Below, one piece after another: positions 24,882-38,789 of a stretch of 64,000 bases of DNA (its first letter is position 1; each line of letters begins with the position of its first letter). The DNA comes from the human T2T-CHM13v2.0 reference genome, Homo sapiens. Both the position numbers and the translations under genes were made by a program. The notes beneath the pieces are model-generated. The model was not told the origin of the DNA and did no database searches. It saw only the letters and a program-made list of their open reading frames with translations. The stretch lies in the NCBI RefSeq assembly GCF_009914755.1, contig NC_060947.1. The stretch is one strand, 5' to 3'.

Positions 24882-27385
24882 ATTTTATGATGGTAAAAAA
24901 CAAATAACATGAGAACTACTCTTAAAAAATTTTAAGTATACAATACAGAATTTTTTACTATATGCACATTGTACAGCAGACCTCTAGAACTTTTTTATCT
25001 TGCATAACTGAAACTCTACACCCATTGAACGCACTTCTCTGTTTTTCTTTTTCCCCAACACCTGGCAACTATTGTTCTATTTCCAGTTCCTATAAGTTTG
25101 ACTACTTTAGATACCTTATGCAAGTAGAATCACGCAGGAATTGTCTTTCTGTGACTGGCTTATTTCACTTAGAATAATATACTCAAGGTTTATCTGTGTT
25201 GTAGCATATCATAAAATTTCTTTATTTTTAAAAGATAAATAATATTTCATTTTATGTATATAGCACTTTTTGAAAATCCATTCTTCCATTGATAGACATT
25301 TAGTTTTTATCTTTTGACTATTGTGAATAATGCTAAAATAAATATGCATACAAATATATCTTTGAATCCTGATTTCAATTATTTTGGATACCTGAAAATG
25401 GGATTGCTGGATCACATGGTAATTCTACCCTATTTTTTTTTAAGCCTTCATGTTATTTTCGGTAGTGCTGGGACTATTTAACATTTCTACCAGCAGTACT
25501 TAAGGGTTTCAGCTTCTCCACCTTCTCACAATACTAGCTATTATTATTGTTAATAATGACTTTCATAAAGGTTATGAGGTGATATCTCATGTGGCTTTAA
25601 TTTGCATTTCCCTGATGATTAGTAATATTGAGCATATTTCTGTTTGCCTTTGGCCACTTTATATGTCTCCTTTGGAGAAATGTCTATTCAAGTCCTTTGC
25701 CTATTAATTAAATCATTTTTTTGCTATAGACTCATACTTCCTTATGTATTTTGCATATTAACCCTTATCAGATATATTGTTTGTATATATTTTATTCCAT
25801 TCCATAAGTTGCTTTTTTACTCTTAATAGTTTAAATGCTTTTGAGTATGGTGTAGTTCTACTTGCCTATTTTTGCTTTTCTTGTCTATATCATTGATATC
25901 ATATCCAAAAATTTATTGCCAAAACCAATGGTATAAAGCCTTTCCTCCAATGCTTTCTTCTAGGAATTTTATACTTTCAGGTCTTAAGTTTAAGTCTTTA
26001 ATCTATTTTGAGTTCTAATTGACAAATAGGATCTAATTAAACTAAAGAGCTTCTGCGCAGCAAAAGAAGCTGCCATCACAGTGAACAGACAACCTCCAGA
26101 ATGGGAGAAAATTTTTGCAATCTACTCATCTGACAAAGGGCTAATATCCAGAATATACAAAGAAACAAATTTCGAGAAAAAAACAACCCCATCAAAAAGT
26201 GGGCAAAGGATATAAACAGACACTTCTCAAAAGAAGACATTTATGCAGCCAACAGAAACATGAAAAAATGCTCATTATTACTGGCCATCAGAGAAATGTA
26301 AATCAAAACCACAATGAGATACCATCTCACACCATTTAGAATGGCAATCATTAAAAAGTCAGGAAACAACGGGTGCTGGAGAGGATGTGGAGAAATAGGA
26401 GCACTTTTACACTGTTGGTGGACTGTAAACTAGTTCAACCATTGTGGAAGACAGTGTGGTGATTCCTCAAGGATCTAGAGCTAGAAATACCATTTGACCC
26501 AGCCGTCCCATTACTGGATATATACCCAAAGGATCATAAATCATGCTGCTATAAAGACACATGCACACTTGTGTTTATTGCAGCACTATTCACAATAGCA
26601 AAGACTTGGAACCAACCCAAATGTCCAACAATGATAGGCTGGATTAAGGAAATGTGGCACATATACACCATGGAATACAAGGCAGCCATCATAAAGGATG
26701 AGTTCATGTCCTTTGTAGGGACATGGATGAAGCTGGAAACCATCATTCTGACCAAACTATCGCAAGGACAGAAAACCAAACACCGCATGTTCTCACTCAT
26801 AGGTGGGAATTGTGCAATGAGAACACTTGGACATAGGAAGGGGAACATCACACATGGGGCCCTGTCGTGGGGTGGGGGGAGGGGGGAGGGATAGCATTAG
26901 GAGATATACCTAATGTAAATGATGAGTTAATGTGTGCAGCACACCAACATGGCACATGTATACATATGTAACTAACCTGCATGTTGTGCATATGTACCCT
27001 AGAACTTAAAGTAACAACAACAACAACAAAAATTGACCAGCCTTCTTGGAGGTTCTGAAAGTTAATCATTTCAGGGAATATGAACATACAATGGAACACT
27101 GGCCCAAGAACATTTTAAAAATTTCTTCTTATTATATCAATAATAATCAGTTGCAATTTGATCCCTGAAAAAAAAATTAAAAAAATTAATACTGAATCTC
27201 TTATATCTTAGATATTTTTCATTCAATCACTCCGTCTTTTGAATGGATAAATCAATCCATTTACATTTATAGTTACTGATAGAAAAATCCTTACTCTTGC
27301 AATTTTAATTGTTTTCTGTATGTCTGATACCTTTTCCTCTCTTGCTTTCTTCTTTTGTGTTCTGTTGATTTTTGTAAAAAAAAAA
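24882..27385 (-). mobile_element. Old L1MA10/L1MB-like element in two pieces (3' end 24882-26013; ORF2 start/inter-ORF 27190-27385)
   Basis: ttaagtatacaatacag...gacctctagaac...gcataactgaaactcta 3' end; ORF2-start antisense aatccatttacattt...ccttactcttgcaatttt. Confidence 0.75.
26016..27032 (+). mobile_element. 5'-truncated L1PA4-like LINE-1 with an (AAC)n tail
   Basis: ORF 26571-26894 is the ORF2 C-terminus; G-rich tract 26868-26890; ends gtaccctagaacttaaagtaacaacaac. Confidence 0.95.
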
Positions 27386-27404
27386 TTTATTTTTTCTCTG
27401 TCTT

Positions 27405-30400
27405 TATTTTATTTATTTTATTTTATTTTATTTTATTTTATTTTATTTTATGTTCAGAAGGTACATGTGTATGATTGTTACATAGGTATATTGCATGTTG
27501 GTGGGAACTGGGCTTCTTACATACCCATTAACCAAATAGTGAACATAGTACCCAATAGGTAATTTTTCAAACTTATCCCACCTAATGTCCTCCCTTTTTG
27601 TGGAGTCCCCATTGTCTATTATTTCAAACTTTATGTCCATATATATCCATTGTTTAGCTCCCACTTATAAGTGAGTATATACAGTGTTTCATTTTGTGTT
27701 TCTGGGTTTGTTCACTTAGGAGCCACCAGTTCCATCCATGTTGCTGCAAATTACATGATTTCATTCTTTTTCATGGCTGTGTAGTATTCCATGGTGTATA
27801 CATACCACATTTCCTTTATTCAGTCAATGTTAATGGACTCTTAAGTTGGTTCCATGACTTTGCTATTGTGAATAGTGCTGCAATTAATATATGAGTACTT
27901 GTGTCTTTTATGTATGATGATTTCTTTTCCTTGAGTAGATGCCCAGTAGTGGGATTGCTGGATTAAATGATAGTTCTATTTTTAGTCCTTTGAGAAATCT
28001 TCATACTGTTTTCCACAGACGTTGAACTAATTTACATTCCCACCAACAGTGTATAAAGGTTTCCTTTTCTCTGTATCTGTGCCAATATCTGTTGTGTTTT
28101 GAATTTTTAATAATAGCTATTTTCACTGGTATAAGATGACATTACATTGTAGGTTTTAATTTACATTCGTCTAATGATTAGTGATGTTGAGCATTTTTTC
28201 ATGCATTAGTTGGCCATTTGTATTTCTTTAGATAAATGTCTGCTCATGTCCTTTGTCTGATTTTTAATGGGGTTGTTTTTCTCTTGTTCAATTGTTTGAG
28301 TTTCCTGTAGATTCTAGATATTAGTTTTTTGTTAGAGGCATAATGTGCAAATGTGTTCCCCCATACAGTAGATTGTTTACTGTGTTGATCATATCTTTGT
28401 TGTGCAAAGCTTTTTAATTTAATCCAGTCCCATTTGTCTATTTTTATTTTTATTGACTATACTTTTGAGGTATTAGTCATAAATTGTTTTCATAGACCAA
28501 TGTTCAGGAAAGTTTTCCCTAGGTTTTTTCTAGTATATTTATAGTTTGAGGGTCTTAATATTTAAGTTTTTATTCATTTGGAGTTGATTTTTGTATATGG
28601 TGAGAGATAAAGGGTCCAATTTCATTCTTCTGCATATGGTTGGCCAATTTTCCCAGCACCACTTATTGAATAGACTGTCCTTTACTCATTGTTTATTTTT
28701 GTCAACTTTGTCAAGATCAGTTGGTTGTAGGTGTGTGGCTTCATTTCTGGGTTCCATATTTTGTTCTATTGATCTATGCCTCTATTTTTATAGTAGTACC
28801 ATGCTATTTAGTTACTAGTTACTATTGCCTTATAGAATAATTTCAAATAACTTCAAGTTAGACAACGTGATGCTTCCAGGTTTGTTCTTTTTGCTTAGGA
28901 TTGCTTTTTCCTTTTGGTCTCTTTTTTGGCTACCTTGGGATTTTTTCTAACTCTATGAAAAATGATGTTGGTGATTTGATAGGGATTACATTGAATCTGT
29001 AGATTGCTTTGGACAATATGGTCATTTTTACAATATTTATTCTTTCAATTCATGAGTATGGGATGTTTTTCCATTTATTTGTGTAATTTATGATTTCTTT
29101 CATTGGTGTTTTATAGTTCTCCTTGTGGAGATCTTTCACCTCCTTGGTTAAATTTATTCCTAGATAATTTTTGTACCTACTGTAAATGGGATTGTCTTCT
29201 TAATTTCTTTCTCAACTAGATCATTGTTGGTGAGTAGAAACGCTACTGATTTTTGTATATTGATTTTTGTACTGTCACTTTATTGAATTTATTTATCATA
29301 TCTACGTTTTTTGGTGGAGTCTTTAGGTTTTTCTAGGTATAAAATCATATTGTCAGCAAAGAGGGACAATTTAACTTCCTCTCTTTCAATTTGGATGCCG
29401 TTTATTTCTTTCATTTGCCTGCCTGCTCTGTCTAGGACTTCCAGTACCATGTTGAATAGGAGTGGTGAAAGTCAGTATTCTTGTCTTGTTCCGGTTTTTA
29501 GGGAAAACGCTTTTAACTTTTCCCCACTCATTATGATGTTGCTTATGGGTTTGTCTTACATAGCCTTTGTTATTTTGAGGTATGTTCCTTCTATGCCTCG
29601 ATGAGAGCTCTTATCATGAAAGAATGCTTTCTTTCATGCTATCAAATGCTTTTTCTGCATCTATTGAAGTGATCATTTGGTTTTTGTGCTTTGGTCTGTT
29701 GATGTGAATCACATTTATTGGTTTGGATATGTTGAACCATTCTTGTATTCCTTGTATGAATCCCGCTTGATCATGCTGCATTAACTTTGTGACGTGCTGT
29801 TGAATTTTGTTTACTAGTATTTTGTTGAAGATTCTTGTATCTGTGTTTATCAGAGATATTGGCCTATAGCTTTATTTTTTGTTGTTGTTTTGTCCTTGTC
29901 TGGTTTTGATATCAGGATGATGCTGGCCTCTTGGTTAGGGACATTTCCCTCCCCTTCAATTTTTAAATAGTTTCAAGAGGATTGGTATTAGTTCTTCTAT
30001 GTAAAATTCTTAGAATTTGGCTGTGAATTCATCCAGTCTTGGGCTTTTCTTTGCTGGGAGATTTTTTATTCCTGATTCAACCTTACTACTCATAATTGGT
30101 ATGTTTAGGTTTTCTATTTCTTCCTGATTCAATCTTGGTAGGTTGTACGTTACTGAGAACTTACCCACTTCCTCTAGGTTTTCCAGTTTGTCAGCATATA
30201 GTTGTTCATAACAGTTTCTGATGATCCTTTGTATTTCTCTGGTATCAGTTGTAATGTCTCCTTTATTATTTCTGATTTTATCTGAGTCTATCCTTCGTTC
30301 ATCTAGTTAGTGGTTTATCAATTTTGTTTATCTTTGAAGAGTCAACTTTTCATTTTGTTGATCCTTTGTATTTTTTAGTCTCTATTTTATTTAATTTTTC

Positions 30401-30710
30401 TTTGATCAGTTTAATTTCTTTTCTTCTGCTTCTTTGCAGTTTGGTTTGTTCTTGCTTTTGTTATTCCTCGAGATGCACTGTTACATTGTTAATTTATAAT
30501 CTTTCTACTTTTTAAAAGTAAATATTTATTGCTATAAGCTTCCTCCTTGGCCATGCTTTTGCTATATTCCACACATTTTGGTGTGTTGTCTTTCAGTTTT
30601 ATTTGTTTCAAGAATTGTTTTGTAATTCCATCTTAATTTCTTTGTTGACACAATGGTCACTCAAAAGAATGTTGTTTAATTTCCATGTATTTCTATGGTT
30701 TCCAAAAGTG
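27405..30710 (-). mobile_element. 5'-truncated L1PB3/4-like LINE-1 with a (TAAAA)n tail
   Basis: (tttta)n at 27405-27450; 3'UTR aaatagtgaacatagtacccaataggtaattttt; continuous antisense ORF2 to 30710. Confidence 0.88.
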
Positions 30711-33174
30711 TGAAAATTCTCAAAGTAATATCCAACTTAATTCAACAGCACATTAAAAGTACTATATATTATTATCAAATGGGATTTATCCCTTGGATAC
30801 AAGGATCATTCAACATATGCCAATAAATAAATGTGATATACCACATTAACAGAATAAAAGAGAAAGATCATATGATCCTCTCAATAAATGCAGAAAAAGC
30901 ATTTGACAAACTCCAGCATTTCTTCATGAAGCAATTCTCAACCAACTGGGTATAGAAGAAATGCCTGTCAACATAATAAGGCCATGTATGACAAACCCAC
31001 AGCTAGTATCACTCAACCATAAGCAGCAGAATGTTTTTTCTCTAAAATCAGGAACAAGACAAAAGTGCCCACTCTCACTTCTATTTGACAGAGTAGTCAA
31101 AGTCTTAGCCATAGCAACAGGAAAAAAAGAAATTAATTCCATCCAAATGTAAAAAGAAGTAAAATTGTCTCTACTTGCAGATGACATGATCTTGGATACA
31201 GCAAATTCTAAAGATCCAACAATAAATGTGTTGGAAATAAGCAAATTTAGAAAACTAGCAGGATGTAAAATCAACATAAAAAATCAGTGTATTTCTATAC
31301 ACTAATAACAAAATATCTGAAATTAAATTTCTAAAAAATCTTCTTTAAATATCATCAAAATAATAAAATATGTAGGAATATATTTAACCAAGGATTTGAA
31401 AAATCTGTACCTTAAAATTGTAAGACATTGATGAAAAAAATGAAGAATAGACACAAATAAATTTTAAAAGTCCTTTGTTCATAAATTGGAAAATAAATAT
31501 TGTTAAAATGTTCATAATTCCCAAAGTGATATATGGACTCAGTACAATTCCTATCAAAATTTCAATGGCATTTTTCACAGAACTAGAATAAACAATTCTA
31601 AAATTAGTATGGAAACCACAAAAGATCTCAAAGACTCAAAGCAATCTTGAGAAAGAGAAAGCTAGAGCCTTCACACTTCCTGATTACAAATTATATTACA
31701 AAGCCACAGTAATCAAAATAATATGATATTGGCATTAAAAGCTGACACATAGACCAATGAAACAGAACTAAGAGCCCAGAGATAGATCCGCACATACACT
31801 GTTAACTAATATTTGATAAGGATACCAAGAATGCACCACGGCAAAAAGATAACCTTCAATAAATGGTATTTGGAAAACTGTATATCCACAGGCAAGTTAA
31901 TAAACTTGGACTCTAAAACTCACAAAAAGCAACTAGAAATAAATTAAAAATATAAACATAAGACCAAGAACCATAAAACTTTTGGAAGACATTGGGTGGA
32001 GGGAAACACCTTCACATTGAGTTGGCAATTATTTTCGGATCCAACAGCAAAAGCACAAGCAGCAAGACAAAAATAAACAAGTGTAACTACATCAAACTAA
32101 AAAGCTTCTGCATAGCAAAGGAAACAGCAGAATGAAAAAGTAGCATATGAAATGGGAGAGAATATTTATGAAGCATATATCTGATAAGCAGTCAATATTC
32201 AAAATATATAAGAAACTCAAACATCTCAATAGCAAAAAAACAAACAAACAAACAGACAAACAAAAAAACAAATGATTTAAAAAATGGACAAAGGGGCTGA
32301 ATAGACATTTCTCTAAAGAAGACATAAAAATGGCCAATAGATACATGAAAAGGTACTCAACTTTACTAATCATCAGGGAAATGCAAATTAAAAGATTTAC
32401 CTCATACCTGTCAAAAAGAGATAAACAAGTGTTGGCAATGATGCAGAGACAATTGAAGCCTTTAACACTATTGGTGGAAATGTCAATTGTTATAGTCACT
32501 ATGGGGAAGAGCATAGAGGCTCCTTCAAAAATTAAAAACACAACTGTCATATAATCCAGCAATCCCACTTCTGAATATATATCCAAAGGAAAGAAAATTA
32601 GTATCACACAGAGATACCTTCACTCTTATGTTCATTGCAGCATTATTCACAATAGCCAAGACCAGGGAACAATGTCTGTTTATGGATAAATTAATAAAAG
32701 AATTGCGAGACCCATATATAGAATAGAATATTTTCCCTAAAAAAGAAGTAACTCCTTGAATTTGTAACAATGTGGGTAAGCTTTGAAGGCATTGTGCTAA
32801 GTAAAATAAGCCAGACATAGAAAGGCAAATACTGCATGATGTTACTTATATGTGGAATCCCTGAATGCATTAGAAACAGAGTAGAATGGTGGTTACCAGT
32901 GTTTGGGGGTGAGGGAAATGGAGAGATATTGGCCAAAGGGTAAAAACAAACCCTACAGTTATAAGATGATTAAGTTCTGTAGACCTAATTTACAGCATGG
33001 TAACTCTAGTTAGTAATAATGTATTATATACTTGAAATTTGTTAAGAGAGTAGATCTTAAGTATTCTCACCACACAAAAAGGTAACTATGTGAAATAATA
33101 AATATGCTCATTAACTTGGTTGTGGCAATTATTTTAAAATGTATACATACATCAAATCATTACCTTCTATACCT
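30711..33174 (+). mobile_element. 5'-truncated L1MA8/9-like LINE-1
   Basis: RT motif ttgcagatgacatgatc near 31176; 3'UTR aagagagtagatcttaagtattctcaccacac; stops just short of the poly(A) signal. Confidence 0.85.
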
Positions 33175-33574
33175 GGGCTAAGCTGACTACCACTGTCTGA
33201 CTGAAAACTCATTCTTAAGGTGACACACTTGAGAAAGGCTTAGGGGCCACAAGCTTATCTCCTGCTGAAGCTACTTCTACAAAGTCATCACTTATAAGCA
33301 GCTGAAGATTATCTCTTTCATAGGACCTTGCAAATGGCAAAAAGCAGCTAACACATACCAGTACCAGAGTTTTGGTCTCTATTAGCATGCGGTCTGGCTT
33401 TCGAAGTATCACTAGCAAAACCATTAACAAATATTCTTCCATAGCATAAATAGGGTTACTATCTTTCTAGCCTACAATTTTTGTGTTCTCTCTGCATGCT
33501 ATTCACACACTAAATCCTATAACAGTGCCTCAACTCTCATACCAAATTCTATATTAATTAATTAATATATATAA

Positions 33575-33660
33575 TGAGATTGATATAACAAAGATACCCC
33601 AAAATACAATAGATTAAAAAGATAGAAGCTTATTTCTCACATGAAATTAAGGTAAGTGGA
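33575..33660 (-). mobile_element. Old MaLR LTR terminal remnant (MLT1J/K-like)
   Basis: tataacaaagataccccaaaatacaatagattaaaaagatagaagcttatttctc. Confidence 0.5.
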
Positions 33661-35375
33661 AGGAGGAAGGTAGAGCAAGATGGTAAAATAGAATCCTCTA
33701 GCAATCATTCCCCCAACCCCACAGGAACACCAAATTGATTATCTACTAAAACAAACACAAACAAACAAAAACAAAAAACTCCTTTACAAAAACCAAAAAT
33801 CAGTTGAGAGATCATAGTACTTATTTTTAACACCATATTAAGAAAAGAGGCAATGGAGACATGGCATGAAGACGGAATCTGTGCTTTCTGGGGAGGGAGA
33901 GTGCAGAGCTTGTGAGACTTTGCATTGAAATTCAGTGCTGCCCTGTCACAGTGGAAAACAACGTAGGCAGAACTCAGCCAGCATCCATGGTAGGAGATTT
34001 AGACCAGCCCTAATTAGAGGCAAATTGTACATCCCAGCAGTTGGAACCTGGTTTCCCACCAACTTTGCCACAGTGAACTAAAGTATTCTGGGATGCTAAA
34101 TAAACTTGTATGGCAGTCGAGGCCACAAGGACTGCAATTCCTGTGCAAGTCCTAGTACTGTGCTGGGCTCTAACCCAGTGGACTTTGGGTACATATAAGT
34201 TAGTGAGACACAAGCTGGGGTGGCCAAGGGAGTGCTTGCATTACCCCTCCCTCAACACTAGGGAACACAGCTCACAGCTCTGGTAGAGACTCTTTCTCTC
34301 TGCTTGAGGAGAGGAGAGAGGAGAGTAAAGAGGACTTTGTCTCACAACTTGGATACCAGCTCAACCACAGTAGGATAAGGCACCGGGCAGAGTCTTGAGG
34401 TCCCCCATTCCCGGCCTTAGCTCCTGGATGATATTTTGAAACACATCCTGGGCCAGAATGGAACTCACTGCCTTCAAGGGAAGAACCCAGTTTTTGCAGA
34501 ATTTATTATGAGCTGACTAAAGAGCCCTTGGGCCCTCAATAAGCAGCAGTGGTAGATGGGCAGTATTCACTGTGGGCATTGGGTAAGACTCAAAACCATG
34601 CTGACTTCATAACCAGCTGTGGTAGTTATGGGGAGAGACCTCTTCCACTTGGACAAAGGAGAGAGAAAAGGAAACTTTCTCTTGCAGTTTGGGTAACAGC
34701 TCGGCCACACTGGGGTCTTAGCTCCTGGATGGCATTTCTGGACCTGTCCTGGGACAGAGGAGAACCCATTACCCTGAAGACAGAGACTCAGTGAGGCAAC
34801 AGAATAGGACCTGGAGACAGGGAACCTAAGGACTTCCTAGAATTAAATCAAATGGTAACACTTCAGCTATGAAAGGAAAAATATCCTCTTCATTTACACA
34901 GGGCATACAACAAGTAACAAATGGGAACCTCTAGAGGATATTTAATCCCCAGAAAATTCTGTAACTGGGCCCTTGAGCTGCTTGTCCGGGCTTGCTGAAG
35001 AGCCCTAAGGCCTCAAGTGAAAGTTGGTGATAGGCAGTACTAACTGTGGACCTGGCATGGTGGTGGCCAAGGGAGAGATGTCTCTGCTTGAAGAAAGGAG
35101 AGGAAACAGTGGGAAGGACTCTGTCTTGTGGCTTGTGTGTCAGCTCAGCCCCAGTAGAAGAGAGCACCATGTAGATTCCTAAGGTATCTGACTACATGCC
35201 CTGGTCCCAGACAGATTTCTGGGACACAGGCGGAACTGAGGAGAACTTGCTGCCCTGGAGGGAAGCACACAAACCTGGCTGGATTTGATAATTGCTAATT
35301 GTAGAGCTCTTGGGCCTTGAGTGAACATAGGCAGTGGTCACTGCAGGCTTTGAGCAAGATCCACTGTTATGCTGG
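33661..35375 (+). mobile_element. 5'UTR of an old L1 (L1M1/L1MA1-3-type 5' end); the element continues at 52221
   Basis: agagcaagatggtaaaatagaa...caggaacaccaa...aaccaaaaatcag start; internal repeats at about 34297, 34645 and 35081. Confidence 0.8.
34792..34996 (+). mobile_element. 3'-truncated MER61/MER51-group ERV1 LTR
   Basis: tgaggcaacagaataggacctggagacagggaacctaaggacttcctagaa...ccccagaaaattctgtaactgggcccttgag. Confidence 0.75.
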
Positions 35376-38300
35376 TGTAAACCAAAAAGTATCTGAGACA
35401 AGTCTCAATCGAGTTAGAAAGTTTACTTTGCCAAGGTTAAGGACACATCAGTGAAACAGACTCAGGAGGTCCTTACGACATGTGCCTATCATGGTTGGGG
35501 TACAGCTTGCTTTTATACATTATAGGGAGACATAATAAATCAATCAATACATGTAAGATTTACATCGGTTCAATCTGGAAGGGCAGGACAACTTGAAACA
35601 GGGACTTCCAGATCAGAGATAGATTTAAACATATTCTCATTGGAAATTAGTTGAGTTGTTATCTAGAGAAAGGAATGTATGGGTTAAGATAAGGGTTGTA
35701 GAGACCTAGGTTTTATCATGCAGATGAAGGCTTCAAGTAGCAGGCTTTAGAGAGAACCGACTGTAAATGTTTCTAATCAGGCTTAAGGTCTTTTGTGTTG
35801 ATATTAATGCTGGAGGAGTATAAAGAGACATGTCCAACCCCCACTTCCCATCATGTCCTGAACCAGTCTTTCAAGTTAAATTTTAGGGTGCCCTGGCTGA
35901 GAAGGAAAAATAAAATTTCACAGGGCCTTCAAATTTTATTTTTGGTTTACATTCTTTCACTTCTGGCCAAGAATTGCTACATCAATGGCCACCAAATTTT
36001 AATTTTGTTCCATAGTATTGCTAGGGTGGCATGCCTGCCTGCCCCAGGCCCATCCTGTCCTTCCGTGGAATTCTAAATCCCACTCCTTAGGGACTTAGAG
36101 TCAAAAAGATTTACAGCCAATTAATTGTTCTAGGCCAGATAGGAATGGACATGAACAGGCATTCATTACCCCTTAAATTTATTATTATTTTTTACGTAGA
36201 AAGCCAACAAACAAAAAGCCAAAGGCGAGGTTACAAAACTGACATTTTTAATTTATATGCTTTGAGTTACTCTAATCTTGGTTTTAGCTACAGACATATG
36301 GCAATTAACTATACAAAATATACATATTGTTCTGAAAAAATATTTTAAGAAAATATGTATCTATTGGGACAACTCCTAACTGGGAGTATTATGCTTAGGA
36401 GGCTTTGTCACAAGGTATCTTTATCTTATCAGGAATTATTTTCTTCTAATTCTGCAGGAAGCAGGAAATTCTTTATGGTTGGGTAGATGCAAAGGTGCCA
36501 CATAATAATAGCTCAGGAGGCAAAGTCCCTTGTTTTGCAAGCAGTTTAAACATCTTTGTACCCATCCTTGATTTGGAGGGTCTGAGCTTGACCTAATTTT
36601 ACCCCTCAAAAGCAGCCCTTACAATCTCACATGACTGCCTCTTTTGCATCGGTCCCTGGGTGAAGAGGGAAGGTGCTTATACAGTCTTAGCAGTAGTGCA
36701 TTTGCAGTGAAAAACAGATCAGGCCCAGTGGGATACCAAATGAGGGAGATTCACCTTTCTGGTTTTCAGAATACGATGATGTTGGTTTCCTTGGAAGTAA
36801 AACACAGAGAAATAAATGACATTAATATTTTGACAATGAAAAGAGTATTTGCATGTCAGAACAGAAAAAGAAATCAATTCCATTAGGGTACCAACTAAAA
36901 ATATAAAGAAAATTTATAATCTGGTACTCTCTAGGGGATAACTGTAGCCAAGAAATAATCCATGATTCAATCTGCACTGAAAGAAAACAAAACTTAGGGC
37001 TGAAATCTCGTATCAAGTGTTACACTTCTTCTTTGAAACAATTTCTTTTTCTCTCTAACCCTCCTTTTCTATTAAATAAAAATTACAGTAAGACCAATTT
37101 GTGTACAAAATACGTTTTAAGCTTATTATACTTAGTCTGATTATTCGCATAAGGTGCAGCAAGAATTGATTGGCTATGTAGGCTCCTCTTAAGTTGGCTT
37201 TGCTGGAACTTTACCCAAAAATGTGCTGTTTTAGTCAAAGTCTTAGTAAAATAACCAGTGTCTTCAATTGTTCTGTTCTAAAAGACTCTTACTAAATTTA
37301 GGCAAATAACTCTATTGTCACAAAATCACAATCTGGATTTTGGAGAACTCAGAGAGAAAAGTAAATTTGCTTACAAAACATATTTTACCCAAATGCTCTA
37401 AAATATAAATAAATTAAAAGAAAAACAAATTTGACCCTTCCTTAACCAGAGCAGCAGCCTTCCAAACAAGATGTTTATTCACTTTGGAACTGCCATTCAC
37501 AAGCCAAACAGCTCAAGGGAGCTATCAAGTGCTATGGAATCTAGCAGCTCCTCACATAGTTAGAATCAGTACTAGGGAAAAAAGAGGTGCACTGCTCATG
37601 AGTATCTCCTCCTTTTATCCCCAGGTAACAAGAGCCTATGTAAACCATTTATATTTTATCATGGAACTCTTTTGGGCACCATTATTTTTATTAGCACAGG
37701 GGTAGCCTCAGTCAACATTCGATAGCGAGACAGTAAGTGCTGCTGAAGTGGAAATTTACCAGTCCAGTCGTTGTTATTGGGAAGTACTCACAGCCTTTTG
37801 CCATAAGCCCCAATAAATGCTCCACAAGAGGTTACAAAGCGGAGAATTTTTCCTGACTAGCATTCCAGCTTCTACCCTATATTTTTAGGCTCAGACAATC
37901 TTCTTAGTTTCCATTTAGTGTGTCCAGTGAACATTTCTCAAAAAGCAGATTTACAAATAGGGGAAACATCCCCTAGTTAGATGCAATACCCATTTTCATA
38001 AGACATTTTGGTAAAGGAATTACAATTACCTCACATAAACTCTTTTTAAATATCTCACATGTTATAATTCTATTAACTTGTATGTTTTTCATGTTGTGGT
38101 CCCAGGAAGTTTTCTACTCCCAGATCATTTTACCTTCTCTGGTGAAAAACAGTTTTGGGTTCCCAGCAGGGAGTGAGCCTAGGAATTTGGGCTCTGTTAT
38201 AAATTTTTAACTTGATTTGGCTCAGCATTGCCTCAGGCAATGTCAGCAGTCTCATGATAACTTATGCCTTCTAATTTTTTTTTTTTTTTAATTTTCCGAT

Positions 38301-38558
38301 TTGGGGTAAACAGTGAATAACCATCCAAAAATTTCTACTCCCCTTCTGGGGAAATTAATTTAACTCCCTTTTTCCGTTCCTTTTTTATTTTTATTTTTTT
38401 GTTGTTCATTATCCCCAATGCTTTAATAAGAAACTACAAGAACCATGAGAGACAGCAAATTTGATAAGGCTTCTCAAAGAGGCATATAATTCTGTGAGGG
38501 GGTAACCAAGTAAAAGGGGCCCACTTAAATTTATCATGACCTAATTATAGACATATTC

Positions 38559-38594
<36 letters not shown>

Positions 38595-38789
38595 CTTTAA
38601 GTTTTAGGGTACATGTGCACAGCATGCATGTTTGTTACATATGTACACAGGTGCCATGTTGGTGTGCTGCACCCATTAACTCATCATTTACATTAGGTAT
38701 ATCTCCTAATGCTATCCCTCCCCCTCTTCCCTGACCTCACAACAGTCCCCAGTGTGTGATGTTTCCCACCCTGTGTCCAAGTGTTGTCA

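Noticed and set aside
26868-26890. G-quadruplex motif
   Set aside because: This is the standard G-rich tract of L1PA 3'UTRs, not specific to this locus.
26017-27037. aattgac as the TSD of the L1PA4
   Set aside because: The left copy is ordinary L1 sequence (aaaattgacaaa), and the DNA after the right copy does not continue the left host.
30690-30730. Twin-priming inversion
   Set aside because: The two arms have their own 3' ends from different subfamilies, so they are separate elements.
32092-32607. 171-aa hydrophobic membrane-like ORF
   Set aside because: Antisense translation of A-rich L1 ORF2, a common artefact; the same applies to 7726-7968 and 27320-27562.
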